From: Lingula anatina | Lineage: Eukaryota > Animalia > Brachiopoda | Assembly (NCBI GenBank): GCA_051362555.1 | Contig: CM120641.1 | Span: 26,728,401-26,792,400 of the forward strand | Length of the DNA stretch: 64,000 nt | Direction: 5' to 3' | Shown: piece after piece, positions 12,724 to 31,239 of the stretch | Layout: the number at the start of each line of letters is the position of its first letter | Position numbering within the stretch: the stretch's first letter is position 1 | Translations under genes and position numbers: made by a program | The notes under the pieces: model-generated | Databases searched by the model: none | What the model was told of the DNA's origin: nothing | Seen by the model: only the letters and a program-made list of their open reading frames with translations

Positions 12724-15677
12724 AACAAGGCAGCAAAGCTGTCAAATGTACAGACAAAAACAGAAAAAAATGCAGAAAATAGGTCATTTTGTCATTTTTG
12801 ATGCAATAATAAATAATGCTTATAATAGCACAGTCAATCAACACTGAATTTTAATCATGCACAACAGGTAACATGGTCAATAACAGGAGCAGATCCAGAG
12901 ATATTTTCTGACAGTATGCCAAATTATCTTTGTTGATCCATCCTCCATTTTTGATGGTCTTCCAACAGAAAAAAATAGATACCCGTCAATGTAAACTTTA
13001 AAATCTGACCATCATCTGGAAGACCCAGAAGATAGTCTCAATCCGCCCCTGCAATAAGATTACAGTTTCAGGACCATGAGAGTTCAAATTAACATAATGA
13101 AAATCCCAGTATTTGAAAAATGATGACAGTGCATAAAATAATATAACAATGTTTAAAGTCCAATTTGTTCCATTCTGAGATTCTGAACATAGTGAATGAT
13201 TGAATCTGAAAAAAAAAATAAAGATATGAGTTTATTTCCATTTTTGACACTTTATTTCACAATACACAACAACAGGTTTACCATCATTTTTATATAATCA
13301 ACTAACAATATTGTTAAGATGCAGAAAATGTCAAAAGAACCCTTTTACATATCTAATTAGTTAAAAAAAATGAGACTGTTAACGTGTCTAAGAATTAAAT
13401 CTGAGGAAAAACTCTTATTTACAAAAAAGACATAACTTCACCAAAACTTAACCAATCAAGCTTATTTTCAAGCTTAACCTGTATTTTAGTAAGACTGATC
13501 ACCCCTGTGAATTTTTAAGACAATTGGCCAATCGATTTTCCTTGAAATGTGTTATTGGTGTTGCACATATGCTGAAAAAATACAGAAAATGCACAGAGCT
13601 TCTGGTGGATGGGGGTTAAAAGTGGCATCTTGAATATGCTAGTGTGTGAAAAATAATTTTAAAAAATTTAAAATAAAACAAAATTTTCCAATAAAGCTTC
13701 TATTCAAACTTTTAATCTAGCTGTATAACTATTTACATGATATGAATAACCCTATTGAAATTGAAAATAATAAGACACTGTTATTCATCTTTAGCATTAA
13801 TGTTAGCATTACACAAAATTTTTCTTTTGTAAACTTATTTGCAATATTAAACAACATTTACCTGCATAATTATCACGGATTCCTATTTAAGTGACACAGT
13901 TAAGAGAGCTAAACCTATGGGACTTTTCAATGAAATCTCAACATGTGTTTTATGTAATCTCATATAATGGCCACTTGAAAATTAATTAGGCAAATGATTT
14001 AATTAGACTAAATAGCCCTGAATTTAGCTAGTGATTACCCAAGGAGCAATAAAGTACTGACTGCCATCCATATACTGTGGCACCATATAGCACTCTGAAG
14101 AACTGCATTGCTTCCAAAACAGAAAACAATCACACTGATTTTCCAACACCAGCTGCACTTCAGTCCTATGAAGCTTTTCAGTAAGTTTGAATATCATAAG
14201 TAACATGGTTTTCCCTTAATCCTCATCCTGGAACCAGTGTCCAAAATAGGGTTTTCTTCAACTTTCATGCAATATAAAATAATGCTTAACAGCATAATGA
14301 CCATCAGTTTTTAATAATAAAGTAAAAGCATCATGGATATTCAGAAAATGTGACTAACAAAGGTCTTCAAGCCAATAGAAGTTCACCTTGAAAATGTAGA
14401 TATGTGAAAATTTTCATTCTCACAAAAAAAAAAAAAAACTATATAATTTCCTGAAACGTTAATTGATAAAACAGGTTTTCCAACTGAAGCTACATTTTAG
14501 TCCTCTGCTACTTTTCTGTAAGTTTGAGAAGAGTAAGTGACATGGTTTTCCTTAAATGGTCACTATGGAGGTAGTGCCCAAAATAGGGTTGTCTTCAATT
14601 TTGATACAATATTACATAATGCTTAACAACATAATGGCCATCAATTTTTTGATAATAAAATAAAAGTATCATGGATATTCAGAAAATGTGACATGGAAAG
14701 GTCTTCAAGGCCATGGAAGTTCAGAGTCACACCTTCAAAATGCCAAAATGTAAACAAGAGATAACTGTTCTGAAATGATTTTCTTTCTATTTTCAACACC
14801 TTTTTTACACCAAACAAAATAATCAATTTACTGTCATTTTTAAATGATCAACTAGGAAAATGAATGACATAGGAAAAATATCAATAGAACAATTTTAAAT
14901 GTCCAACTTGCTCCATTCTGACATTCTGAACATGTAAAGTAAATGATTGAATCTGACAAACTTCAGTGATATAAGCTTATTTCCATTTTTGACACTTTAT
15001 TACACAATACACAATAACAGGTTTACCATCATTTTTAAATAATCAACTAATGATATATAAATAAGATGCAGAAAATGTCAAAAGAATACTATTAGGTATC
15101 TAATTAGTTCAATAATGAGACTGTCAATATGCCTAAGAATTAAATATGAAGAAAAACCATTTATATACAAAAAAGGCTAATAACTTCATCAAAACTTAAC
15201 TGATCAAGCTTATTTTCAAATTTGATCTGCATACTAGTCAGACTGATGAGTTGCAAGACAAAAGGCTGATTGGTTTTCCTTAAAATGCATTATCAGTGTT
15301 GCATGTATGCTGAATAAAGAAAAAAACAGCATAACTTTTGTAAAAATAGTCCAATCAAGCTGATTTTCGAACTTGACCTGCATATTCTGAATATTAATCA
15401 GTTCTGTAAGTTTCAATCCAAAAGGAAAAACGGTTTTCCACTTATCGTGTTATAGATGTTGCATATATGCTGAAAAAAGTGAAAAAAAAAACAGCATAAC
15501 TTCCATAAAAATGACCCGATCATGCTGATTTTAGAACTTGACCTGCGTATTATGAATATTCATCAGTACTATAAATTTCAAGTCAAAAGAAAAAACGGTA
15601 AAAGTGCACGGCGACGGCGACGACAGACGCAGTTGACGGCTATATGTACAGACACATCTGTGTCTGTACATAAAAAA
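12724..15677 (-). mobile_element. Helentron-associated non-autonomous element (HINE/DINE-1-like), copy 1
   Basis: Reverse-complement homolog of 32607-35491. It has the terminal palindrome tgtacagacacatctgtgtctgtaca next to a (cga/cgg)n microsatellite, internal tandem units, and a 3' subTIR plus cagc-ttt-gctg hairpin. T-rich insertion site, no TSD. Confidence 0.75.
12884..13051. mobile_element. MITE (CAGG..GATCCAG family) nested in HINE copy 1
   Basis: Ends caggagcagatccag / caatccgcccctg, flanked by a 6-bp direct repeat CAATAA. Absent at the same position in the other HINE copies. Confidence 0.65.
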
Positions 15678-15940
15678 ATTAACTGTTGGACGCTTCTTTT
15701 CTTACCGGCTGTACTTAAACACCACCCCTCTTGTTTGTAAACAAACCACTGCAACGCTCCCTCCGTTGCTCCCTCCGCCAGAGGCACTACATGACACCTG
15801 TGCCGGGTCCTGAAACAAAATAAGCAGTAGTTTACACCCTGGCCTGCTAGTTGACACCAAATTTAATCCTAGCAAAACACACCAGAAATGCCAGGAAAAA
15901 AATCACTAATTTTTTCTCGCAGCACTACATTTGTCTATTT

Positions 15941-17150
15941 GGGTACGTACGGATAAAATTTAGTCCCAAAATATTACACGTCCCTATACTCCCGTTCCCG
16001 ATAGATACATAAAGGGAAAACTGAAAAAACGTCTTTTTAGATTTAAATACCGATAGATCCGATTTTTTACCACCGTCCTATAAATTTGCGTTCCTATAGA
16101 TACGACGTCCTCATAAACCCACGTCCTTTAAATCCGCATACCTATAGATCCACGCATTTTTAGATCCAAATACCGATAGTTCCATTACAGGTACACTATT
16201 GCTCAAAATGGTGGGTATACTACTCAGTACATAAAATGCACTGTTTAAAACGAGAGTACACATATTAATCCTTTCAGCAATTTATTATTCTACTATAGAT
16301 CGTTTTTACGCAATACTCGGGTAATTTACATTAGGCCTACTAATGCATTATCTGACAGAAATTTATGATTTCACTAGATGTTTTGTTATTTTCATGTTAC
16401 ATTCATTTAGTTTTGATTACGACACACACCACCCCCGTCAATTAAGAACTCGGCAAAAGTAGATGAAATAATGTTAAGAGTTTTACAAGTAAACCCTTCT
16501 TATTTTATACTGTGTATGATTTATTTGGGCATTTCATGAATGATTCTGCCTGATAACTGTCTTGTATACTTGATAGAAACCATAGGCCTACTGTATGGTT
16601 GACAAACATACCCAAAGTTTGCAGGCAAAAATCGGCTGTATATATATAGAAGTTACTTACATCTTGGACATACATGTAATAACGAATTTGTGTCGTTTTT
16701 ATGTCCAAGTAGTTTACATTGATGAAGTTACGTGCGTACATTGCGGAATGGAGTAAATGATAGTAAACGATAGTAAAGACGTGTAGACGCGAACGTACAT
16801 GTAGGCCTATGTCTTGTTTGAACACCTAATAAATATATAAATAAATAAATATCAGGTTGTAATTAAGTCATCTCACTGAGTGGGTCAGTACTCGCATCCA
16901 GACTCTCGAAAACCTCATACCTGTATCTTAAGTTTATATCGGCATTTTAGCCGATTAATTACGATGTCAGATAGATGGATCTAGCGGTACCTGGATCTAA
17001 AGATACGTGGGTTTATAGGAAACTGTTGGTGGATCTATCGGAACGTAAATTTAACGAGACGTAAATCTATTGAGACGTGTATGTATACATGTAGAGACGT
17101 ATCTATCGGAACGAATATTTTATTGGGACGTTTATCTATATGGCGGACCC
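15941..17150. mobile_element. Mutator/foldback-like non-autonomous DNA transposon
   Basis: Imperfect TIRs gggtacgtac..gtcccaaaatatt / aatattttattgggac..ggcggaccc. Subterminal ~17-nt tandem motifs (cctatagatcc / ggatctatcgg) are inverted at the two ends. 9-bp TSD tgtctattt (15932-15940) / cgtctattt (17151-17159). Confidence 0.6.
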
Positions 17151-17394
17151 CGTCTATTTGGTAGATGCTGCCCTGAAGACGACGCTTTATCACAAAACAT
17201 TTTGACATGTTTAAGAGAAAAACTGGACAGTTCAATTTAAATGACTGACAAAGATCTCATTTACAACTCTCCTTTGAAGACAGTTTAAAATTGATCACAG
17301 TTTGGAAAAAAGTACGACCAATTTGCTGTTACTTTTATCATTATGTTTTTACACATAAAATGCAAATGGCGATCATAATATAGTAGGTAGTTTA

Positions 17395-19908
17395 GTGTAT
17401 GAACAACTTACAGCACACTGGAGATGGAACACAGTTTCTATGTAAAACAATTATCTGTTAAACACTGAATAAACTGTCAGGACTATAAGATATAATGTAT
17501 TAAATATACAAAAAATGTTATGATTTAACTTTTCCTTAAATGCCATAGCAAATCGGTACATATTTTATTTGGACTGTCGCCAAAAATTGAAGGCCTTAAA
17601 AAATTTAATTTACTGAATTATTTGGGAATACTTATCATCCAAAAATAATAAGCTTTGCAACAGTTGGAGAAATTATTTTGAATTTAATGATAAAACCTAA
17701 TCCTACACAGACATTTTAATGGACAAAATATGGCAAACAAAACAAATAAGGTTAAGGATGTAATATCCTTGTAGACGGTAGTTAAGAGTCACTGATATTA
17801 AACGAAGAAATTTATAATCACGAAACGATGTCTAAGGGTCTGATAGAACAGTATATAATCATTTCAGCAACCTGTTTCTATTTGCTGGTACACTGAGTTA
17901 TATTAAACAAAAATATATTCATTAAGTTAGCATGTTATTCCTGATCACAATATATTAAAGGACGGAATGTGAATGAAAGTATGAACATCAAATATTCGTG
18001 ATATGCAGTAGGCCCTGCCATTAAATGCCACGGTATATGCATTATCTTACCTCATGGAGACTTTTGTAGAGAAATATTCATTTGTTGTCAGCCCTTAAAA
18101 ACAGGGTATATTCATAAATTGAAAAACAAATAGATCTTGTAAGCAATAAAAATACCCGTTACAACTGCTGATGTAGTTACCTGCCCAGAGGTCTTAAATC
18201 GGATAACGTGTCCAGACAGCTAGAGTAAGGCCTTCTTTATTGGTAAATGCGTTCCCTCTGCAAAAACAATCGAAAATAAACTATCTATATATGTGGAGCT
18301 GATTTTGGACTTTGGAAGGGAAAGTAACGTGCACATCAGTAAAATGTCCCGGTGGTCATTATATATGCCTTAAGTGTATGAACAACTTACAGCACACTAT
18401 AGATGGAACACAGTTTCTATGTAAAATAGTAATATCGTAATAAAAATGATTAAAAGTACAGATACAAAGTTGTGATCGTAATGAATACATTACCTTTCAT
18501 AACTGATACAATATACATTTGTTAAGAGGTTAAACAGTGTAAGTAAGAGAGTTAAAGAGTGCATGTGTTGTTCAATAATAAAATAAGAATAAGGGAGTAT
18601 AGTTATCATTCCTTCAGGATGATACAATGAAAAATCTGTATTAATAGAAATTGCGACCTAAGGTCAAGTAACATACCATTGCCTAATAAGAGAATGATTA
18701 TAGTTTGGTAATGATGTAATGATGGAAAGTTATGGAAAAAGGGATAATCATAGACATTGTGTAAGAGCTGAGGAATTATTACATTACCAAATAAGGTAAT
18801 GTAGGAGAAAGACTTTGTGATACATCATGACATTGGAATGTTGATCTATAGGATAAAAGAGAATACATTGTAACTGGAAAATAAGAATATACGAATAAAT
18901 CTTTTAGGCTCCCAAAAGATGTATGTTCTTCATTTATAGTACTGGCGAAATAGCGGTACTATAGTAATCTGTCAATCACTGAACAAACTGTCAAAATATA
19001 AAAATTGCCAATCGATAATGTATTAAATATACTAGAATTTTTATGAACTTTTTCTTAAATGCCATAGAAAATCGATTAATATCTTATTTGAACAAAGTCG
19101 GCAAAAATTGACGGCCATAAAAACTAATTTTCGGCCTTAAAAACTCGAATTTACTGAACTATTTAGGAATACTTATTATCCAAATAAAGTAAGCTTTGCG
19201 ACAGCTAAAGAAGTTATTTTGATTTGATGATAAAAACTAATCCTACACAGACATTTTAATGGACAAAAGATGCCAAACAAAACAAATAAGATTTAGGATG
19301 TAATATCCTTGTAGACGGTAGTTAAGAGTCACTGATATTAAACGAAGAAATTTATGTTCACGAAACGATGTCTAAGGGTCTGATAAAACAGTATATAATC
19401 ATTTCAGCAACCTTGTTTCTATTTATTTATTTTTTTACTGGTACACTGAATTATATTAAACAAAAAGATATTCTTTAAGTTATTCCTGATCACAATATAT
19501 CAAAGGACGGAATGTGAATGAAAGTATGAGCATCAAATATTCGTGATATGCAGTAGGCCCTGCCATTAAATACCACAGTATATGCATTATCTTACCTCAT
19601 GGAGACGTTTGTAGAGAAATATTTATTTGTTGTCAGTCCTTAAAACCAGGGTATATTCATAATTTGAAAAACAAATAGATCTTGTAAGCAATAAAAATAC
19701 CCCTAACAACTGCTGATGTAGCTACCTGCCCAGAGGTCTTAAGTCGGATAACACGTCCAGTCAGCTAGAGTAAGCCCTCTACTTCTTTATTGGTAAATGC
19801 GTTCCTTCTGCAAAAACAATCGAAAATAAACTATTTATATGTGGAGCTGATTTTGGACTTTGGAAGGGAAAGTAACGTGCACATCAGAAATGTCCCCGTT
19901 GTCATTAT
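17395..19908. repeat. Tandem duplication of a ~980-bp unit (17395-18372; 18373-19908); the second copy is interrupted by an insertion at 18434-18960
   Basis: Long near-identical stretches occur in both copies (e.g. ggatgtaatatccttgtagacggtagttaagagtcactg at ~17756 and ~19296). The insertion is flanked by ATAGTAAT at 18426-18433 and 18961-18968. Confidence 0.85.
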
Positions 19909-20224
19909 ATATTGCAATGGGCAAATATCATCAACGCAAAATTAATAGCGTTATACTGTCTTTTACTTACATCAGGTTGTTGCCGAATTTACTGCCAAAA
20001 TTTTGGTCTGCATATGGAAAGAGTAGCAATGAGGTGTGTGTTCTTTCTTCTCCATCTTCTACTGACCACCTCCTTGACCCTACCTGAATACATCTCAAGG
20101 AAATGCTCAGGTAATTTACATAATAATAATATACAGTACGCCCTTCTCCGCACAGAAGCCTCGACTTCAAGTTTTGCCCGTCACACAGAACAATGGAAAC
20201 TCGCCTCTGTACCTGTACCATGGG

Positions 20225-20493
20225 CAGGGGCGGATCCAGAATTATTTGAAGGGGGGTCCAGTTTGTAGGAATGACAGGCCGTAGATGCAAAGCCGATCTT
20301 CGGGGCCCGCTAAAAGGCCCCGAAAATTTTTGGTATTGGGGAACGTTTCCATTTGGTACGGTTTAGAACTTTGTTTCGGCTAGTCAAAATTCTAATTTCA
20401 AGAGCAGACCTTTGGTGTGATTTCTTTCAGAAATCGTAAAGGGGGGGGGGGGTCAGAACTCCTCTGACCCCTCCCCCCTCAAATCCGCCACTG
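20225..20493. mobile_element. MITE family B (CAGGGGCGGATCCAG...AATCCGCCACTG), copy 1
   Basis: Terminal inverted repeats. Homologous to 53168-53405, including the internal ccatttggtacggtttag and gtcaaaattctaatttcaagag segments. Confidence 0.75.
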
Positions 20494-21533
20494 CACAGGT
20501 ATGCCTCTGCTGTTTCCAGAGAGATTTCTAGTGATGCTGGAAACGATAAGTGACTGCTGGTATAAACGATCCTGTAGAAAATATTTATCACTGTCGTTTA
20601 TGCTGTTGTTGATATGTGGGAACGTTCGATCGGAAGACTGGATACCCGACTTTAAATGAATGAATAAGGTAAACATTCAGAGAAACTATCAAGCGAATAT
20701 TTTGCACCTAACTGGAGGCCAACTGAAGAGGAGTGTGCAGGTGGTTCGGTGCTGGGCTGGCAACCATCTGATCATTTCGTGGGGGCTTGTTTGGTACAAC
20801 AATGACAACTAAATGTTCTATTTTGTAGAAAAATATCCGAATTTATTGTATTCTTTTAAATCATTTTTATAATCACATTAGTAAAAACGATTTAGAAAAC
20901 TGGAAAATAAAAGAATATGTAAAAATACGCGAAGAATCAACAAAATGCATCACCTAGTATAAATATGTGCTCAATAAATATATTAGCAACACTGTAAAAT
21001 GGGTAACTGAAGGTAAGCATGTTACAAAAATAACAAAAAACACCTAGATGTAAAAGCAAATACAAAAAAAAAAAGACACTTCTGAGGACTAAACCTTATC
21101 TTGCTTTAAAACATTATACAGTCACATGGCACTTCAATTTGATCCATATATCATTTTTTCCTGTGCAACCATCGGATGTTTCTGATTATATTAGAATACA
21201 TCAAATTTCATAAAAATAATGAACATATTCAAAGAAATAAGTCAAGTAGGTGAAAACTCCTACAACACACCAAAAACAATTAGAAGGGATCAATCTTAAA
21301 TGCATGGGGTAATTTCTAATCTAAGTCTACTCCTAACCAGAGGTTTTAACGGTATAGAAAGCACTAGGGTCTCAGCCAACAAGTTTCTGGAATGATCAGG
21401 GGAAGTTCAATATGTGAAATTGGCTGTAAATCACTCCTCTAACTCTACAGATGTAAAACTTTAAATAACAAAAGAACCAATGATATCACTAGGCAACTTA
21501 TTTCCTGGTGCATGGTAAGCAACTGTTAACTTA

Positions 21534-21748
21534 CACCCCATTTCCATAGATTAGATCGACCTACTTTAGATCGACCTAACTCCCTGGGGGTTCACGCTAA
21601 ATAGCTGTCAGCTGGGCGGACACGAAAGTTAATTATCCCCTTACAGCTTGTAGTAGGCGGGATGGACATTTAAGTCAGATTATCTGAAAGTAATCTAGTG
21701 AGACTCCCCGCGGGGATAGATCGATCTAAAACCTATGGGAATAGAGCC
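21534..21748. mobile_element. MITE family A, copy 2 (probably in the PCNX4 3' UTR)
   Basis: Shares gatcgacctaactccctgggggttcacgctaaat...ccccttacagctt..agtaggcggga with 6030-6252. TTA flanks. Confidence 0.75.
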
Positions 21749-22062
21749 TTAGTGTTCACAATATGATTAACAGAGCAGAAGTGAGATGACACAGAGAAAA
21801 TGTCTCCCACTATGGCCCAAGTAACACTAAAATCCATGTAAGTATTAACTGCTGTGTCATAAATACAGCTAGGGCATATCTACCAAAACCAGTGCCTATG
21901 TTCAACACTGGAATTGTGCCCCTGTCTAAACATGTGACCATATTTTTCTAGATAACTATACCATAAAATGACAGCATCCTACACATAACAATAAGGGCAA
22001 GTGTCCTAACTACCATGCACCAGAGACACCACTTAATAATGCTTTATAATTATAATGTGTAA

Positions 22063-29070
<7,008 letters not shown>

Positions 29071-29281
29071 GATCAGTCTGCAACTACCTGGACAGAATGG
29101 GTGTAGCTGCTATGTCCGTGTAAACTGCACATACCTAAAATCAAAGAGATGATTGACAATAATACTGTACGTCAGAGGTATAGGAAGTGTCAGAAAAAGA
29201 GGATCAATTAAAAAGGTTGCTTACTTGTTGGTTGGAAAATACTGTTTACCACAGGAAAATATGGTAAATATGAGTTTTGCA

Positions 29282-29316
<35 letters not shown>

Positions 29317-29582
29317 TGTGCATCTTTACATGAAATTCTACTAATATGATTATATTCACCATTGAATTTGGGCACTTTTGCAGTATTCCCTTGTCCCTGC
29401 CCTCAACCCCACCCTATAGGTCTTTGATTTTATGTATCTTTTCAAAATTATGTGGTGACTTTTACCAAAATCTGTTATTCATATAATTTTGTTTGACAGT
29501 TCTTTAACTAATTCCTTTATAAGAAACTTTATGCCCATTCAGACAATATGAGAGATAATTACATATGAAAGTCCACGTAATG

Positions 29583-30186
29583 CACCCTGAGCTTCAGAGA
29601 TAACTTGACACTAACCTCTTCACTATAGCCTATCTTCATCGTGTCAAATTACCTCTGACCACATTCGATTGCCTCCGCCGCCCGCCAATCAAATTTAAAG
29701 CCCGCACTTAATGACTCATTGAACGATCTAGCCAATGAACGCGAACGAGTCAAAGCGCGCTTTGTTCAAATCCGGACCAATCAAAGATAAGGCTGAATAT
29801 CAGGGACTTGCCGTAACCTGTGGGCAGCACGCAAAATACATCATCCCTCAGTAGATAATTATGCAGGGCATCAAACTGCTCTGGTTTCAATTCCGATATA
29901 TTCCATGCTTTCTTTGTGTACGGTTATGCACTCGGAACTACTCGGATGTCTCCGCACTCGACAATAACTATGTTGTTAGTATGGAGCTTGCGGAATCAGC
30001 CGAGGATTGCCGATTGACGGTCAACCAATCAGCGTTTTCACCAAACTTTGGTGAAAATTTTTGAAACATGGATTCGATTGGCTTATATAAACTAGGTCAA
30101 ACTATTTTCGTCAGAGGTAACTTGACACGATGAAGATAGGCTATAGTGAAGAGGTTAGTGTCAAGTTATCTCTGAAGCTCAGGGTG
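29583..30186. mobile_element. Young non-autonomous DNA transposon with 77-bp TIRs and 8-bp TSD (hAT/P-like) in the PCNX4 5'-UTR intron
   Basis: TIRs 29583-29659 and 30110-30186 differ at one base. TSD ACGTAATG at 29575-29582 and 30187-30194. CA...TG termini. Confidence 0.9.
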
Positions 30187-30945
30187 ACGTAATGTGATGA
30201 TAAGCACAAATTCCAAAATAAATGCAATAAATGCTGTTTGAGTGGTAAAATGGAATTACTATATTTCTATGAATTGTTAAAAATGTATCTATTGGAAAAT
30301 ACACATGTATGAATTTCATAGAAAGAGTTTCATCTCTTTAATACAGAGAAACACCAAATTTAAACTGTTTCTTGGGGGTGAGGAGGATAATGCACCAGGC
30401 CCTACCTTTGTTCTTTTCTCCTATTACTTTCAAGTTATATAAAAAAAAGAGTGTGAGAACTTACACACTCACTAACACGCAGAGAAAAAAAAAGGTAGTC
30501 AAAGTGGGTGAGTGGGATAATTCATGAATTGGATAACCCTCTCAGATCCGGACCACCATTGACATCACCTGACAAGACAGGATTTATATTTGAAAAACTT
30601 TAGCACGCTTTAAAAGTGGTACTAGAAGTGCATTTCTCACTTTAACTGATAACTTCTTTAGACATGGGATATATTTGTCCGAAATTTAAAATATCAATAT
30701 CATAAGTCGTTTTACAGCAATAAACTTTTAATAAACGAAATTCTTATACGACTGCAGTCAAATTTACAACGTGAGATTAATGAAGATTGACTTGTTGAGC
30801 CAGCCATAGAAACGATGTCCATCGAGGCTTTTCAAATATCGCACCTTTTACAGCCTAAATTAGGGGAAAAAACGTGTTTTAATTATTCACCCACAAGTAT
30901 CAACTTTATCAATATGTTTGCTTTTTCATGAAAAGTTACCCTTAC

Positions 30946-31239
30946 CTTATTTTTGTAGGTATTACATGTGAAATATTACGTTTCAAAAGCTCGTCTACCG
31001 TCCAGTCAAAATATTTACAGTTAGTATAATACACATGTAATAGTTTCGTATAATTGGCAGATATAAAAAAAAAACATTTAACTCATTTTATTATCTGTAA
31101 ATGTATATTAAAAATAAAAATCATTTAATAATATTATAGCTTAAAGAAGTTTGCTTATATCAAAAGATAACTATTTTAAACAAGTCAATTCGAAATCTTA
31201 TTATTAACTGAAAGAAACTCTGTTTATGCTGCAAGTCCA
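30946..31239. promoter_or_regulatory. Probable bidirectional promoter region for PCNX4 (-) and ASB3 (+)
   Basis: A minus-strand donor ataag|gtaagg at ~30945 could join the PCNX4 acceptor at 29135. The ASB3 ATG is at 31240. Head-to-head arrangement within ~300 bp; the TSSs are not directly visible. Confidence 0.5.
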
